This document shows, piece after piece, positions 10,602 through 26,000 of a stretch of 64,000 nucleotides of DNA (position 1 is the first letter of the stretch; every line of letters begins with the position of its first letter). This DNA comes from Eledone cirrhosa. Its lineage: Eukaryota. A model generated the notes under the pieces. The model did not search any database, had not been told where the DNA came from, and was given only the letters and a program-made list of their open reading frames with translations. The DNA is taken from assembly GCA_964016885.1 (NCBI GenBank), contig OZ024740.1, forward strand, positions 22,320,001 to 22,384,000, given 5' to 3'. The position numbers and the translations under genes were made by a program.

Positions 10602-13600
10602 CCACCTCTAGTCAGGTATTCTCGATCACGAGTCTTATACTTTTATGGCAGTCGCCTCCTTTTAGTTACTTCTCTTCTAAACTGTCTTATCGTTGTCACC
10701 TCCACTTAAACACTTTTGACTAAACTGTCATATCCTTGTCACCTCCACTTAAACACTTTTGACTAAACTGTCTTATCCTTGTCACCTCCCTTAAACACTT
10801 TTGACTGAACTGTCTTATCCTTGTCACCTCCACCTGAACACTTTTTACTGAACTGTCTTATTCTTGTCACCTCCACTTAAACACTTTTGACTGAACTGTC
10901 TTATCCTTGTCACCTCCACCTGAACACTTTTTACTGAACTGTCTTATACTTGTCACCTCCACTTAAACACTTTTGATTAATCTGTCTCATCCTTGTCACC
11001 TCCACTTAAACACTTTTGACTGAACTGTCTTATCGTTGCCACCTCCACTTAAACACTTTTGACTGAACTGTCTTATCGTTGTCACCTCCACTTAAACACT
11101 TTTGACTGAACTGTCTTATCCTTGTCACCTCCACTTAAACACTTTTGACTGAACCGTCTTATCCTTGTCACCTCCACTTAAACACTTTTGACTGAACTGT
11201 CTTATCGTTGTCACCTCCACTTAAACACTTTTGACTAAACTGTCTTATCCTTGTCACCGCCACTTAAACACTTTTGACTAAACTGTCTTATCCTTGTCAC
11301 CTCCACTTAAACACTTTTGACTGAACTGTCTTGTCCTTGTCACCTCCACTTAAACACTTTTGACTAAACTGTCTTATCGTTGTCACCTCCACTTAAACAC
11401 TTTTGACTAAACTGTCTCATCCTTGTCACCTCCACTTAAACACTTTTGACTAAACTGTCTTATCGTTGTCACCTCCACTTAAACACTTTTGACTAAACTG
11501 TCTTATCGTTGTCACCTCCACTTAAACACTTTTGACTGAACTGTCTTGTCCTTGTCACTTCCACTTAAACACTTTTGACTAAACTGTCTTACCCTTGTCA
11601 CCTCCACTTAAACACTTTTGACTGAACTGTCTTGTCCTTGTCACCTCCACCTAAACACTTTTGACTGCACTGTCTTATCGTTGTCACCTCCACTTAAACA
11701 CTTTTGACTAAACTGTCTTATCCTTGTCACCTCCACTTAAACACTTTTGACTAAACTGTCTTATCCTTGTCACCTCCCTTAAACACGTTTGACTGAACTT
11801 TTTTATCCTTGTCACCTCCACTTAAACACTTTTGACTAAACTGTCTTATCCTTGTCACCTCCACCTAAACACTTTTGACTGCACTGTCTTATCCTTGTCA
11901 CCTCCACTTAAACACTTTTGACTGAACTGTCTTATCCTTGTCACCTCCACTTAAACACTTTTGACTGAACTGTCTCATCCTTGTCACCTCTACTTAAACA
12001 CTTTTGACTGAACTGTCTTATCCTTGTCACCTCCACTTAAACACTTTTGACTGAACTGTCTTTTCGTTTTCACCTCCACTTAAACACTTTTGACTAAACA
12101 GTCTTATCCTTGTCACCTCCACTTAAACACTTTTGACTGAACTGTCTTATCGTTGTCACCTCCAATTAAACACTTTTGACTGAACTGTCTTATCGTTGTC
12201 ACCTCCACTTAAACACTTTTGACTGAACTGTCTTATCCTTGTCACCTCCACTTAAACACTTTTGACTGAACTGTCTTATCCTTGTCACCTCCACTTAAAC
12301 ACTTTTGACTGAACTGTCTTATCGTTGTCACCTCCACTTAAACACTTTTGACTGAACTGTCTTATCCTTGTCTCCTCCACTTAAACACTTTTGACTAAAC
12401 TGTCTTATCCTTGTCACCTCCACTTAAACACTTTTGACTGAACTGTCTTATCGTTGTCACCTCCAATTAAACACTTTTGACTAAACTGTAATATCCTTGT
12501 CACCTCCACTTCAACACTTTTGACTGAACTGTCTTATCCTTGTCACCTCCACTTAAACACTTTTCACTGAACTGTCTTATCCTTGTCACCTCCACTTAAA
12601 CACTTTTGAATGAACTGTCTTATCCTTGTCACCTCCACGTAAACACTTTTGACTAAACTGTCTTATCCTTGTCACTTCCACTTAAACACGTTTGACTAAA
12701 CTGTCTTATCCTTGTCACCTCCACTTAAACACTTTTGACTGAACTGCCTTATCCTTGTCACCTCCACTTTAACACTTTTGAATGAACTGTCTTATCCTTG
12801 TCACCTCCACGTAAACACTTTTGACTAAACTGTCTTATCCTTGTCACTTCCACTTAAACACGTTTGACTAAACTGTCTTATCCTTGTCACCTCCACTTAA
12901 ACACTTTTGACTGAATTGTCTTATCCTTGTCACCTCCACGTTAACACTTTTGACTAAACTGTCTTATCCTTGTCACCTCCACTTAAACACTTTTGACTGA
13001 ACTGCCTTATCCTTGTCACCTCCATTTAAACACTTTTGACTGAACTGTCTTATCCTTGTCACCTCCACTTTATCACTTTTGACTGAACTGTCTTATCGTT
13101 GTCACCTCCACTTAAACACTTTTGACTGAACTGTCTTATCGTTGTCACCTCCAATTAAACACTTTTGACTGAACTGTCCTATCGTTGTCACCTCCACTTA
13201 AACACTTTTGACTGAACTGTCTTATCCTTGTCACCTCCACTTAAACACTTTTGACTCAACTCTCTTATCCTTGTCACCTCCACTTAAACACTTTTGACTG
13301 AACTGTCTTATCGTTGTCACCTCCACTTAAACACTTTTGACTGAACAGTCTTATCCTTGTCACCTCCACTTAAACACTTTTGACTAAACTGTCTTATCCT
13401 TGTCACCTCCACGTAAACACTTTTGACTGAACTGCATTATCGTTGTCACTTCCACTTAAACACTTTTGACTGAACTGTCTTATCCTTGTCACCTCCACTT
13501 AAACACTTTTGAACGAACTGTCTTATCCTTGTCACCTCCACGTAAACACTTTTGACTAAACTGTCTTATCCTTGTCACTTCCACTTAAACACGTTTGACT

Positions 13601-16600
13601 AAACTGTCTTATCATTGTCACCTCCACTTAAACACTTTTGACTGAACTGCCTTATCCTTGTCACCTCCACTTAAACACTTTTGAATGAACTGTCTTATCC
13701 TTGTCACCTCCACGTAAACACTTTTGACTAAACTGTCTTATCCCTGTCACCTCCAATTAAACACTTTTGACTAAACTGTATTATCCTTGTCACCTCCACT
13801 TCAACACTTTTGACTGAACTGTCTTATCCTTGTCACCTCCACTTAAACACTTTTGACTGAACTGTCTTATCCTTGTCACCTCCATTTAAACACTTTTGAA
13901 TGAACTGTCTTATCCTTGTCACCTCCACGTAAACACTTTTGACTAAACTGTCTTATCCTTGTCACTTCCACTTAAACACGTTTGACTAAACTGTCTTATC
14001 CTTGTCACCTCCACTTAAACACTTTTGACTAAACTGTCTTATCCTTGTCACTTCCACTTAAACACGTTTGACTAAACTGTCTTATCCTAGTCACCTCCAC
14101 TTAAACACTTTTGACTGAACTGTCTTATCCTTGTCACCTCCACTTAAACACTTTTGACTGAATTGTCTTATCCTTGTCACCTCCACGTTAACACTTTTGA
14201 CTAAACTGTCTTATCCTTGTCACCTCCATTTAAACACTTTTGACTGAACTGTCTTATCCTTGTCACATCCACTTAAACACTTTTGACTGAACTGTCTTAT
14301 CGTTGTCACCTCTACTTAAACACTTTTGAATGAACTGTCTTATCCTTGTCACCTCCACGTAAACACTTTTGACTAAACTGTCTTAACCTTGTCACCTCCA
14401 ATTAAACACTTTTGACTAAACTGTATTATCCTTGTCACCTCCACGTAAACACTTTTGACAAAACTGTCTTATCCTTGTCACTTCCACTTAAACACGTTTG
14501 ACTAAACTGTCTTATCCTAGTCACCTCCACTTAAACACTTTTGACTGAACTGTCTTATCCTTGTCACCTCCACTTAAACACTTTTGACTGAATTGTCTTA
14601 TCCTTGTCACCTCCACGTTAACACTTTTGACTAAACTGTCTTATCCTTGTCACCTCCACTTAAACACTTTTGACTGAACTGCCTTATCCTTGTCACCTCC
14701 ATTTAAACACTTTTGACTGAACTGTCTTATCCTTGTCACCTCCACTTAAACACTTTTGACTGAACTGTCTTATCGTTGTCACCTCCAATTAAACACTTTT
14801 GACTGAACTGTCCTATCGTTGTCACCTCCACTTAAACACTTTTGACTGAACTGTCTTATCCTTGTCACCTCCACTTAAACACTTTTGACTAAACTCTCTT
14901 ATCCTTGTTACCTCCACTTAAACACTTTTGACTGAACTGTCTTATCGTTGTCACCTCCACTTAAACACTTTTGACTTTACTGTCTCATCCTTGTCACCTC
15001 CACTTAAACACTTTTGACTAAACTGTCTTATCCTTGTCACCTCCACTTAAACACTTTTGACTGAACTGTCTTATCGTTGTCACTTCCACTTAAACACTTT
15101 TGACTGAACTGTCTTATCCTTGTCACCTCCACTTAAACACTTTTGAATGAACTGTCTTATCCTTGTCACCTCCACGTAAACACTTTTGACTAAACTGTCT
15201 TATCCTTGTCACTTCCACTTAAACACGTTTGACTAAACTGTCTTATCATTGTCACCTCCACTTAAACACTTTTGACTGAACTGCCTTATCCTTGTCACCT
15301 CCACTTAAACACTTTTGAATGAACTGTCTTATCCTTGTCCCCTCCACGTAAACACTTTTGACTAAACTGTCTTATCCTTGTCAACTCCATTTAAACACTT
15401 TTGACTGAACTGTCTTATCCTTGTCACCTCCACTTAAACACTTTTGAATGAACTGTCTTATCCTTGTCACCTCCACGTAAACACTTTTGACTAAACTGTC
15501 TTATCCTTGTCACTTCCACTTAAACACGTTTGACTAAACTGTCTAATCCTTGTCACCTCCACTTAAACACTTTTGACTAAACTGTCTTATCGTTGTCACC
15601 TCCACTTAAACACATTTGACTAATCTGTCTTATCCTTGTCACCTCCACTTAAATACTTTTGACTGAACTGTCTTATCGTTGTCTCCTCCACTTAAAAACT
15701 TTTGATTGAACCGTCTTATCGTTGTCACCTCCACTAAAACACTTTTGACTGAACTGTCTTAACGTTGTCACCTCCATTTAAACACTTTTGACTAAACTGT
15801 CTTATCCTTGTCACCTCCACTTAAACACTTTGGACTAAACTGTCTTATCCTTGTCACCTCCACTTAAACACTTTTGACTGAATTGTCTTATCGCTGTCCC
15901 ATCGACTTAAACACTTTTGACTGAACTGTCATATCCTTGTCACCTCCACTTCAACACGTTTGACTAAACTGTCTTATCTTTGTCACGTCCACTTAAACAC
16001 TTTTGACTAAACTGGCTTATCCTTATCACCTCCACTTAAACACTTTTGACCGAACTGTCTTATCCGTGTCACCTCCACTTAAACACTTTTGACTGAACTG
16101 TCTTATCGTTGCCACCTCCACTTAAAAACTTTTGACTAAACTGTCTTATCCTTGTCACCTCCACTTAATCACTTTTGATTGAATTGTCTTATCGTTGTCA
16201 CCTCCACTTAAACACTTTTGACTAAACTGTCTTATCCTTGTCAACTCCACTTAAACACTTTTGACTGAACTGTCTTATCCTTGTCACCTCCAATTAAACA
16301 CTTTTGACTGAACTGTCTTATCCTTGTCACCTCCCCTTAAACACTTTTGACTGAACTGACTTATCCTTGTCACCCCCACTTCAACACGTTTGACTAAACT
16401 GTCTTATCCTTGTCAACTCCACTTAAACACTTTTGACTGAACTGTCTTATCCTTGTCACCTCCAATTAAACAATTTTGACTGAACTGTCTTATCCTTGTC
16501 ACCTCCACTTAAACACTTTTGACTGAACTGTCATATCCTTGTCACCTCCACTTCAACACGTTTGACTAAACTGTCTTATCTTTGTCACCTCCACTTAAAC

Positions 16601-19600
16601 ACTTTTGACTAAACTGTCTTATGCTTGGCACCTCCACTTAAAAACTTTTGACTAAACTGTCTTAACGTTGTCACCTCCACTTAAACACTTTTGACTAAAC
16701 TGTCTCATCCTTGTCACCTCCACTTAAACACTTTTGACTGAATTGTCTTATCGCTGTCCCATCCACTTAATCACTTTTGACTGAACTGTATTATCCTTGT
16801 CACCTCCACTTAAACACTTTTGACTGAACTGTCTTATCCTTGTCACCTCCACTTAAAAAGTTTTCACTGAACTGTCATATCGTTGTCACTTCCATTTAAA
16901 CACTTTGGACTAAACTGTCTTATCCTTGTCACCTCCACTTAAACACTTTTGACTGAACTGTCTTATCCTTGTCACCTCCACTTAAACACTTTTGACTGAA
17001 CTGTCATATCGTTGTCACTTCCATTTAAACACTTTGGACTAAACTGTCTTATCCTTGTCACGTCCACTTAAACACTTTTGACTGAAATGTCTTATCGTTG
17101 TAACATCCACTTAAACACTTTTGACTAAACTGTCTTATCCTTGTCACCTCCACATAAACACTTTTGACTGAACTGTCTTATAGTTGTCAACTCCAATTAA
17201 ACACTTTTGACTGAACTGTCTTATCGTTGTCACCTCCACTTAAACACTTTTGAATAAACTGTCTTATCCTTGTCACCTCCACTTAAACACTTTTGACTAA
17301 ACTGGCTTATCCTTATCACCTCCACTTAAACACTTTTGACCGAAAGGTCTTATCCGTGTCACCTCCACTTAAACACTTTTGACTGAACTGTCTTATCCTT
17401 GTCACCTCCACTTAAACACTTTGGACTAAACTGTCTTATCCTTGTCACGTCCACTTAAACACTTTTGACAAAACTGGCTTATCCTTATCACCTCCACTTA
17501 AACACTTTTGACCGAACTGTCTTATCCGTGTCACCTCCACTGAAATACTTTTGACTGAACTGTCTTATCCTTGTCATCTCCAATTAAACACTTTTGACTG
17601 GACTGTCTTATCCTTGTCACCTCCACTTAAACACTTTTGACTGAACTGTCTTATCCTTGTCACCTCCACTTAAACACGTTTGACTGAACTGTCTTAACCT
17701 TGTCACCTCCCTTAAATACTTTTGACTAAACTGTCTTATCCTTGTCACCTCCACGTAAACACTTTTGACTAAATTGTCTTATCCTTGTCACCTCCACTTA
17801 AACAATTTTGACTAAACTGTCTTATCCTTGTCACCTCCACTTAAACACTGTTGACTGAACTGTCTTATCCTTGTCACCTACACTTAAACACTTTGGACTA
17901 AACTGTCTTATCCTTGTCATGTCCACTTAAACACTTTTGACTGAACTCTCTTATCCTTGTCACCTCCTTAAACACTTTTGACAAAACTGTCTTATCCTTG
18001 TCACCTCCACTTAAACACTTTTGACTGAATTGTCTTATCGTTGTCACCTCCACTTAAACACTTTGGACTAAACTGTCTTACCCTTGTCACGTCCACTTAA
18101 ACACTTTTGACTAAACTGGCTTATCCTTATCACCTCCACTTAAACACTTTTGACCGAACTGTCTTATCCGTGTTACCTCCACTTTAACACGTTTGACTAA
18201 ACTGTCTTATCTTTGTCACCTCCACTTAAACACTTTTGACTAAACTGTCTTATCCTGGTCACCTCCACTTAAACACTTTTGACTGAACTGTCTTATCCTT
18301 GTCACCACCACTTAAGCACTTTTGACTAAACTGTCTTAACGTTGTCACCTCCACTTAAACAATTTTGACTAAACCGTCTTATCCTTGTCACCTCCACTTA
18401 AACACTTTGGACTAAACTGTCTTATCCTTGTCACGTCCACTTAAACACTTTTGACTGAACTGTCTTATCCTTGTCACCTCCACTTAAACACTTTGGACTA
18501 AACTGTCTTATCCTTGTCACGTCCACTTAAACACTTTTGACTGAAGTGTCTTATCGTTGTAACATCCACTTAAACACTTTTGACTAAACTGTCTTATCTT
18601 TGTCACCTCCACTTAAACACTTTTGACTGAACTGTCTTATCGTTGTCACCTCAACTTAAACACTTTTGACTAAACTGTCTTATTCTTGTCAACTCCATTT
18701 AAACACTTTTGACTGAACTGTCTTATCGTTGTCACCTCCACTTAAACACGTTTGACTGAATTATCTTATCGCTGTCCCATCCCCTTAAACACTTTTGACT
18801 AAACTGTCTTATCCTTGTCAACTCCACTTAAACACTTTTGACTAAACTGTCTTATCCTTGTCAACTCCAATTAAACACTTTTGACTGAACTGTCTTATCG
18901 TTGTCACCTCCACTTAAACACTTTTGACTGAACTGTCTTATCCTTGTCACCTCCAATTAAACACTTTTGACTGGACTGTCTTATCCTTGTCACCTACACT
19001 TAAACACTTTTGACTGAACTGTCTTATCCTTGTCACCTACACTTAAACACGTTTGACTGAACTGTCTTAACCTTGTCACCTCCCTTAAATACTTTTGACT
19101 AAACTGTCTTATCCCTGTCACCTCCACGTAAACACTTTTGACTAAACTGTCTTATCCTTGTCACCTCCACTTATACAATTTTGACCGAACTGTCTTATCC
19201 GTGTCACCTCCACTTAAACACTTTTGACTGAACTGTCTTATCCTTGTCACCTACACTTAAACACTTTGGACTAAACTGTATTATCCTTGTCACGTCCACT
19301 TAAACACTTTTGACTGAACTGTCTTATCCTTGTCACCTCCCTTAAACACTTTTGACAAAACTGTCTTATCCTTGTCACCTCCACTTAAACACTTTTGACT
19401 GAACTGTCTTATCTTTGTCACCTCCATATAAACACTTTTGACTAAACTGTCTTATCCTTGTCACCTCCATTTAAACACATTTGACTAAACTGTCTTATCC
19501 TTGTGACCTCCACTTAAACACTTTTGACTAAACTGTCTTATCCTTGTCACCTCCACTGAAACACTTTTGACTAAACTGTCTTAACGTTGTCACCTCCACT

Positions 19601-20079
19601 TAAACACTTTTGACTAAACTGTCTTATCCTTGTCACCTCCACTTAAACACGTTTGACTGAACTGTCTTAACCTTGTCACCTCCACTTAAACACTTTTGAC
19701 TGAATTGTCTTATCGCTGTCCCATCCACTTAAACACTTTTGACTGAACTGTCATATCCTTGTCACCTCCACTTCAACACGTTTGACTAAACTGTCTTATC
19801 TTTGTCACCTCCACTTAAACACTTTTGACCGAACTGTCTTATCCGTGTCACCTCCACTTAAACACTTTTGACTGAACTGTCTTATCGTTGCCACCTCCAC
19901 TTAAACACTTTTGACTAAACTGTCTTATCCTTGTCACCTCCACTTAATCACTTTTGATTGAATTGTCTTATCGTTGTCACCTCCACTTAAACACTTTTCA
20001 CTAAACTGTCTTATCCTTGTCAACTCCACTTAAACACTTTTGACTGAACTGTCTTATCCTTGTCACCTCCAATTAAACA

Positions 20080-23000
20080 CTTTTGACTGAACTGTCTTAT
20101 CCTTGTCACCTCCCCTTAAACACTTTTGACTGAACTGTCTTATCCTTGTCACCTCCAATTAAACACTTTTGACTGAACTGTCTTATCCTTGTCACCTCCA
20201 CTTAAACACTTTTGACTAAACTGTCTTATCCTTGTCAACACCACTTCAACACGTTTGACTAAACTGTCTTATCTTTGTCACCTCCACTTAAACACTTTTG
20301 ACTAAACTGTCTTATGCTTGGCACCTCCACTTAAAAACTTTTGACTAAACTGTCTTAACGTTGTCACCTCCACTTAAACACTTTTGACTAAACTGTCTCA
20401 TCCTTGTCACCTCCACTTAAACACTTTTGACTGAATTGTCTTATCGCTGTCCCATCCACTTAATCACTTTTGACTGAACTGTATTATCCTTGTCACCTCC
20501 ACTTAAACACTTTTGATTGAACTGTCTTATCCTTGTCACCTCCACTTAAAAAGTTTTCACTGAACTGTCATATCGTTGTCACTTCCATTTAAACACTTTG
20601 GACTAAACTGTCTTATCCTTGTCACCTCCACTTAAACACTTTTGACTGAACTGTCTTATCCTTGTCACCTCCACTTAAACACTTTTGACTGAACTGTCAT
20701 ATCGTTGTCACTTCCATTTAAACACTTTGGACTAAACTGTCTTATCCTTGTCACGTCCACTTAAACACTTTTGACTGAAATGTCTTATCGTTGTAACATC
20801 CACTTAAACACTTTTGACTAAACTGTCTTATCCTTGTCACCTCCACATAAACACTTTTGACTGAACTGTCTTATAGTTGTCAACTCCAATTAAACACTTT
20901 TGTCTGAACTGTCTTATCGTTGTCACCTCCACTTAAACACTTTTGAATAAACTGTCTTATCCTTGTCACCTCCACTTAAACACTTTTGACTAAACTGGCT
21001 TATCCTTATCACCTCCACTTAAACACTTTTGACCGAAAGGTCTTATCCGTGTCACCTCCACTTAAACACTTTTGACTGAACTGTCTTATCCTTGTCACCT
21101 CCACTTAAACACTTTGGACTAAACTGTCTTATCCTTGTCACGTCCACTTAAACACTTTTGACTAAACTGGCTTATCCTTGTCACCTCCACTTAAACACTT
21201 TTGACCGAACTGTCTTATCCGTGTCACCTCCACTGAAATACTTTTGACTGAACTGTCTTATCCTTGTCATCTCCAATTAAACACTTTTGACTGGACTGTC
21301 TTATCCTTGTCACCTCCACTTAAACACTTTTGACTGAACTGTCTTATCCTTGTCACCTCCACTTAAACACGTTTGACTGAACTGTCTTAACCTTGTCACC
21401 TCCCTTAAATACTTTTGACTAAACTGTCTTATCCTTGTCACCTCCACGTAAACACTTTTGACTAAATTGTCTTATCCTTGTCACCTCCACTTAAACAATT
21501 TTGACTAAACTGTCTTATCCTTGTCACCTCCACTTAAACACTGTTGACTGAACTGTCTTATCCTTGTCACCTACACTTAAACACTTTGGACTAAACTGTC
21601 TTATCCTTGTCATGTCCACTTAAACACTTTTGACTGAACTCTCTTATCCTTGTCACCTCCTTAAACACTTTTGACAAAACTGTCTTATCCTTGTCACCTC
21701 CACTTAAACACTTTTGACTGAATTGTCTTATCGTTGTCACCTCCACTTAAACACTTTGGACTAAACTGTCTTACCCTTGTCACGTCCACTTAAACACTTT
21801 TGACTAAACTGGCTTATCCTTATCACCTCCACTTAAACACTTTTGACCGAACTGTCTTATCCGTGTTACCTCCACTTTAACACGTTTGACTAAACTGTCT
21901 TATCTTTGTCACCTCCACTTAAACACTTTTGACTAAACTGTCGTATCCTGGTCACCTCCACTTAAACACTTTTGACTGAACTGTCTTATCCTTGTCACCA
22001 CCACTTAAGCACTTTTGACTAAACTGTCTTAACGTTGTCACCTCCACTTAAACAATTTTGACTAAACCGTCTTATCCTTGTCACCTCCACTTAAACACTT
22101 TGGACTAAACTGTCTTATCCTTGTCACGTCCACGTAAACACTTTTGACTGAACTGTCTTATCCTTGTCACCTCCACTTAAACACTTTTGACTGAAGTGTC
22201 TTATCGTTGTAACATCCACTTAAACACTTTTGACTAAACTGTCTTATCTTTGTCACCTCCACTTAAACACTTTTGACTGAACTGTCTTATCGTTGTCACC
22301 TCAACTTAAACACTTTTGACTAAACTGTCTTATTCTTGTCAACTCCATTTAAACACTTTTGACTGAACTGTCTTATCGTTGTCACCTCCACTTAAACACG
22401 TTTGACTGAATTATCTTATCGCTGTCCCATCCCCTTAAACACTTTTGACTAAACTGTCTTATCCTTGTCAACTCCACTTAAACACTTTTGACTAAACTGT
22501 CTTATCCTTGTCAACTCCAATTAAACACTTTTGACTGAACTGTCTTATCGTTGTCACCTCCACTTAAACACTTTTGACTGAACTGTCTTATCCTTGTCAC
22601 CTCCAATTAAACACTTTTGACTGGACTGTCTTATCCTTGTCACCTACACTTAAACACTTTTGACTGAACTGTCTTATCCTTGTCACCTACACTTAAACAC
22701 GTTTGACTGAACTGTCTTAACCTTGTCACCTCCCTTAAATACTTTTGACTAAACTGTCTTATCCTTGTCACCTCCACGTAAACACTTTTGACTAAACTGT
22801 CTTATCCTTGTCACCTCCACTTAAACAATTTTGACCGAACTGTCTTATCCGTGTCACCTCCACTTAAACACTTTTGACTGAACTGTCTTATCCTTGTCAC
22901 CTACACTTAAACACTTTGGACTAAACTGTATTATCCTTGTCACGTCCACTTAAACACTTTTGACTGAACTGTCTTATCCTTGTCACCTCCCTTAAACACT

Positions 23001-26000
23001 TTTGACAAAACTGTCTTATCCTTGTCACCTCCACTTAAACACTTTTGACTGAACTGTCTTATCTTTGTCACCTCCATATAAACACTTTTAACTAAACTGT
23101 CTTATCCTTGTCACCTCCATTTAAACACATTTGACTAAACTGTCTTATCCTTGTGACCTCCACTTAAACACTTTTGACTAAACTGTCTTATCCTTGTCAC
23201 CTCCACTGAAACACTTTTGACTAAACTGTCTTATCCTTGTCAACTCCAATTAAACACTTTTGACTGAACTGTCTTATCGTTGTCACCTCCACTTAAACAC
23301 TTTTGACCGAACTGTCTTATCCGTGTCACCTCCACTTAAACACTTTTGACTGAACTGTCTTATCCTTGTCACCCCCACTTAAACACTTTTGACTAAACTG
23401 TCTTATCCTTGTCACCTCCACTTAATCACTTTTGACTGAACTGTCTTATCGTTGTCACCTCCACTTAAACACTTTGGACTAAACTGTCTTATCCTTGTCA
23501 CGTCCAATTAAACACTTTTGACTAAACTGGCTTATCCTTATCACCTCCACTTAAACACTTTTGACCGAACTGTCTTATCCGTGTCACCTCCACTTAAACA
23601 CTTTTGACTGAACTGTCTTATCCTTGTCACCTCCAATTAAACACTTTTGACTGGACTGTCTTATCCTTGTCACCTCCACTTAAACACTTTTGACTGAACT
23701 GTCTTATCCTTGTCACCTCCAATTAAACACGTTTGACTGAACTGTCTTATCCGTGTCACCTCCACTTAAACACTTTTGACTGAACTGTCTTATCCTTGTC
23801 ACCTACACTTAAACACTTTTGACTGAACTGTCTTATCCTTGTCACCTACACTTAAACACGTTTGACTGAACTGTCTTAACCTTGTCACCTCCCTTAAATA
23901 CTTTTGACTAAACTGTCTTATCCTTGTCACTTCCACGTAAACACTTTTGACTAAACTGTCTTATCCTTGTCACCTCCACTTAAACAATTTTGACCGAACT
24001 GTCTTATCCGTGTCACCTCCACTTAAACACTTTTGACTGAACTGTCTTATCCTTGTCACCTACACTTAAACACTTTGGACTAAACTGTATTATCCTTGTC
24101 ACGTCCACTTAAACACTTTTGACTGAACTGTCTTATCCTTGTCACCTCCCTTAAACACTTTTGACAAAACTGTCTTATCCTTGTCACCTCCACTGAAACA
24201 CTTTTGACTAAACTGTCTTAACGTTGTCACCTCCACTTAAACACTTTTGACTAAACTGTCTTATCCTTGTCACCTCCACTTAAACACGTTTGACGGAACT
24301 GTCTTAACCTTGTCACCTCCACTTAAACACTTTTGACTGAATTGTCTTATCGCTGTCCCATCCACTTAAACACTTTTGACTGAACTGTCATATCCTTGTC
24401 ATCTCCACTTCAACACGTTTGACTAAACTGTCTTATCTTTGTCACCTCCACTTAAACACTTTTGACCGAACTGTCTTATCCGTGTCACCTCCACTTAAAC
24501 ACTTTTGACTGAACTGTCTTATCGTTGCCACCTCCACTTAAACACTTTTGACTAAACTGTCTTATCCTTGTCACCTCCACTTAATCACTTTTGATTGAAT
24601 TGTCTTATCGTTGTCACCTCCACTTAAACACTTTTGACTAAACTGTCTTATCCTTGTCAACTCCACTTAAACACTTTTGACTGAACTGTCTTATCCTTGT
24701 CACCTCCAATTAAACACTTTTGACTGAACTGTCTTATCCTTGTCACCTCCCCTTAAACACTTTTGACTGAACTGACTTATCCTTGTCACCCCCACTTCAA
24801 CACGTTTGACTAAACTGTCTTATCCTTGTCAACTCCACTTAAACACTTTTGACTGAACTGTCTTATCCTTGTCACCTCCAATTAAACACTTTTGACTGAA
24901 CTGTCTTATCCTTGTCACCTCCACTTAAACACTTTTGACTGAACTGTCATATCCTTGTCACCTCCACTTCAACACGTTTGACTAAACTGTCTTATCTTTG
25001 TCACCTCCACTTAAACACTTTTGACTAAACTGTCTTATGCTTGGCACCTCCACTTAAACACTTTTGACTAAACTGTCTTAACGTTGTCACCTCCACTTAA
25101 ACACTTTTGACTAAACTGACTCATCCTTGTGACCTCCACTTAAACACGTTTGACTAAACTGTCTTATCCTTGTCACGTCCACTTAAACACGTTTGGCTGA
25201 ACTGTCTTATCCTTGTCACCTCCCTTAAATACTTTTGACTGAACTGTCTTATCGTTGTCACCTTCACTTAAACACTTTTGACTGAACTGTTTTATCCTTG
25301 TCACCTCCATTTAAACACTTTTGACTGAATTGTCTTATCGCTGTCCCATCCACTTAAACACTTTTGACTGAACTGTCATATCGTTGTCACTTCCATTTAA
25401 ACACTTTTGACTAAACTGTCTTATCCTTGTCACCTCCACTTAAACAATTTTGACTAAACTGTCTTATCCTTGTCACCTCCACTTAAACACTTTTGACTGA
25501 ACTGTCTTATCCTTGTCACCTACAATTAAACACTTTGGACTAAACTGTCTTATCCTTGTCACGTCCACTTAAACACTTTTGACTAAACTGTCTTATCCTT
25601 GTCACCTCCACATAAACACTTTTGACTGAACTGTCTTATAGTTGTCAACTCCAATTAAACACTTTTGACTGAAATGTCTTATCGTTGTAACATCCACTTA
25701 AACACTTTTGACTAAACTGTCTTATTCTTGTCAATTCCATTTAAACACTTTTGACTGAACTGTCTTATCGTTGTCACCTCCACTTAAACACGTTTGACTG
25801 AATTGTCTTATCGCTGTCCCATCCCCTTAAACACTTTTGACTAAACTGTCTTATCCTTGTCAACTCCACTTAAACACTTTTGACTAAACTGTCTTATCCT
25901 TGTCAACTCCAATTAAACACTTTTGACTGAACTGTCTTATCGTTGTCACCTCCACTTAAACACTTTTGACTGAACTGTCTTATCCTTGTCACCTCCCCTT

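Noticed and set aside
7526-10611. Gly-rich, Thr-rich, Val/Met-rich and GGGCRRGS ORFs
   Set aside because: Overlapping ORFs on both strands that coincide exactly with GGT/ACC micro- and minisatellites.
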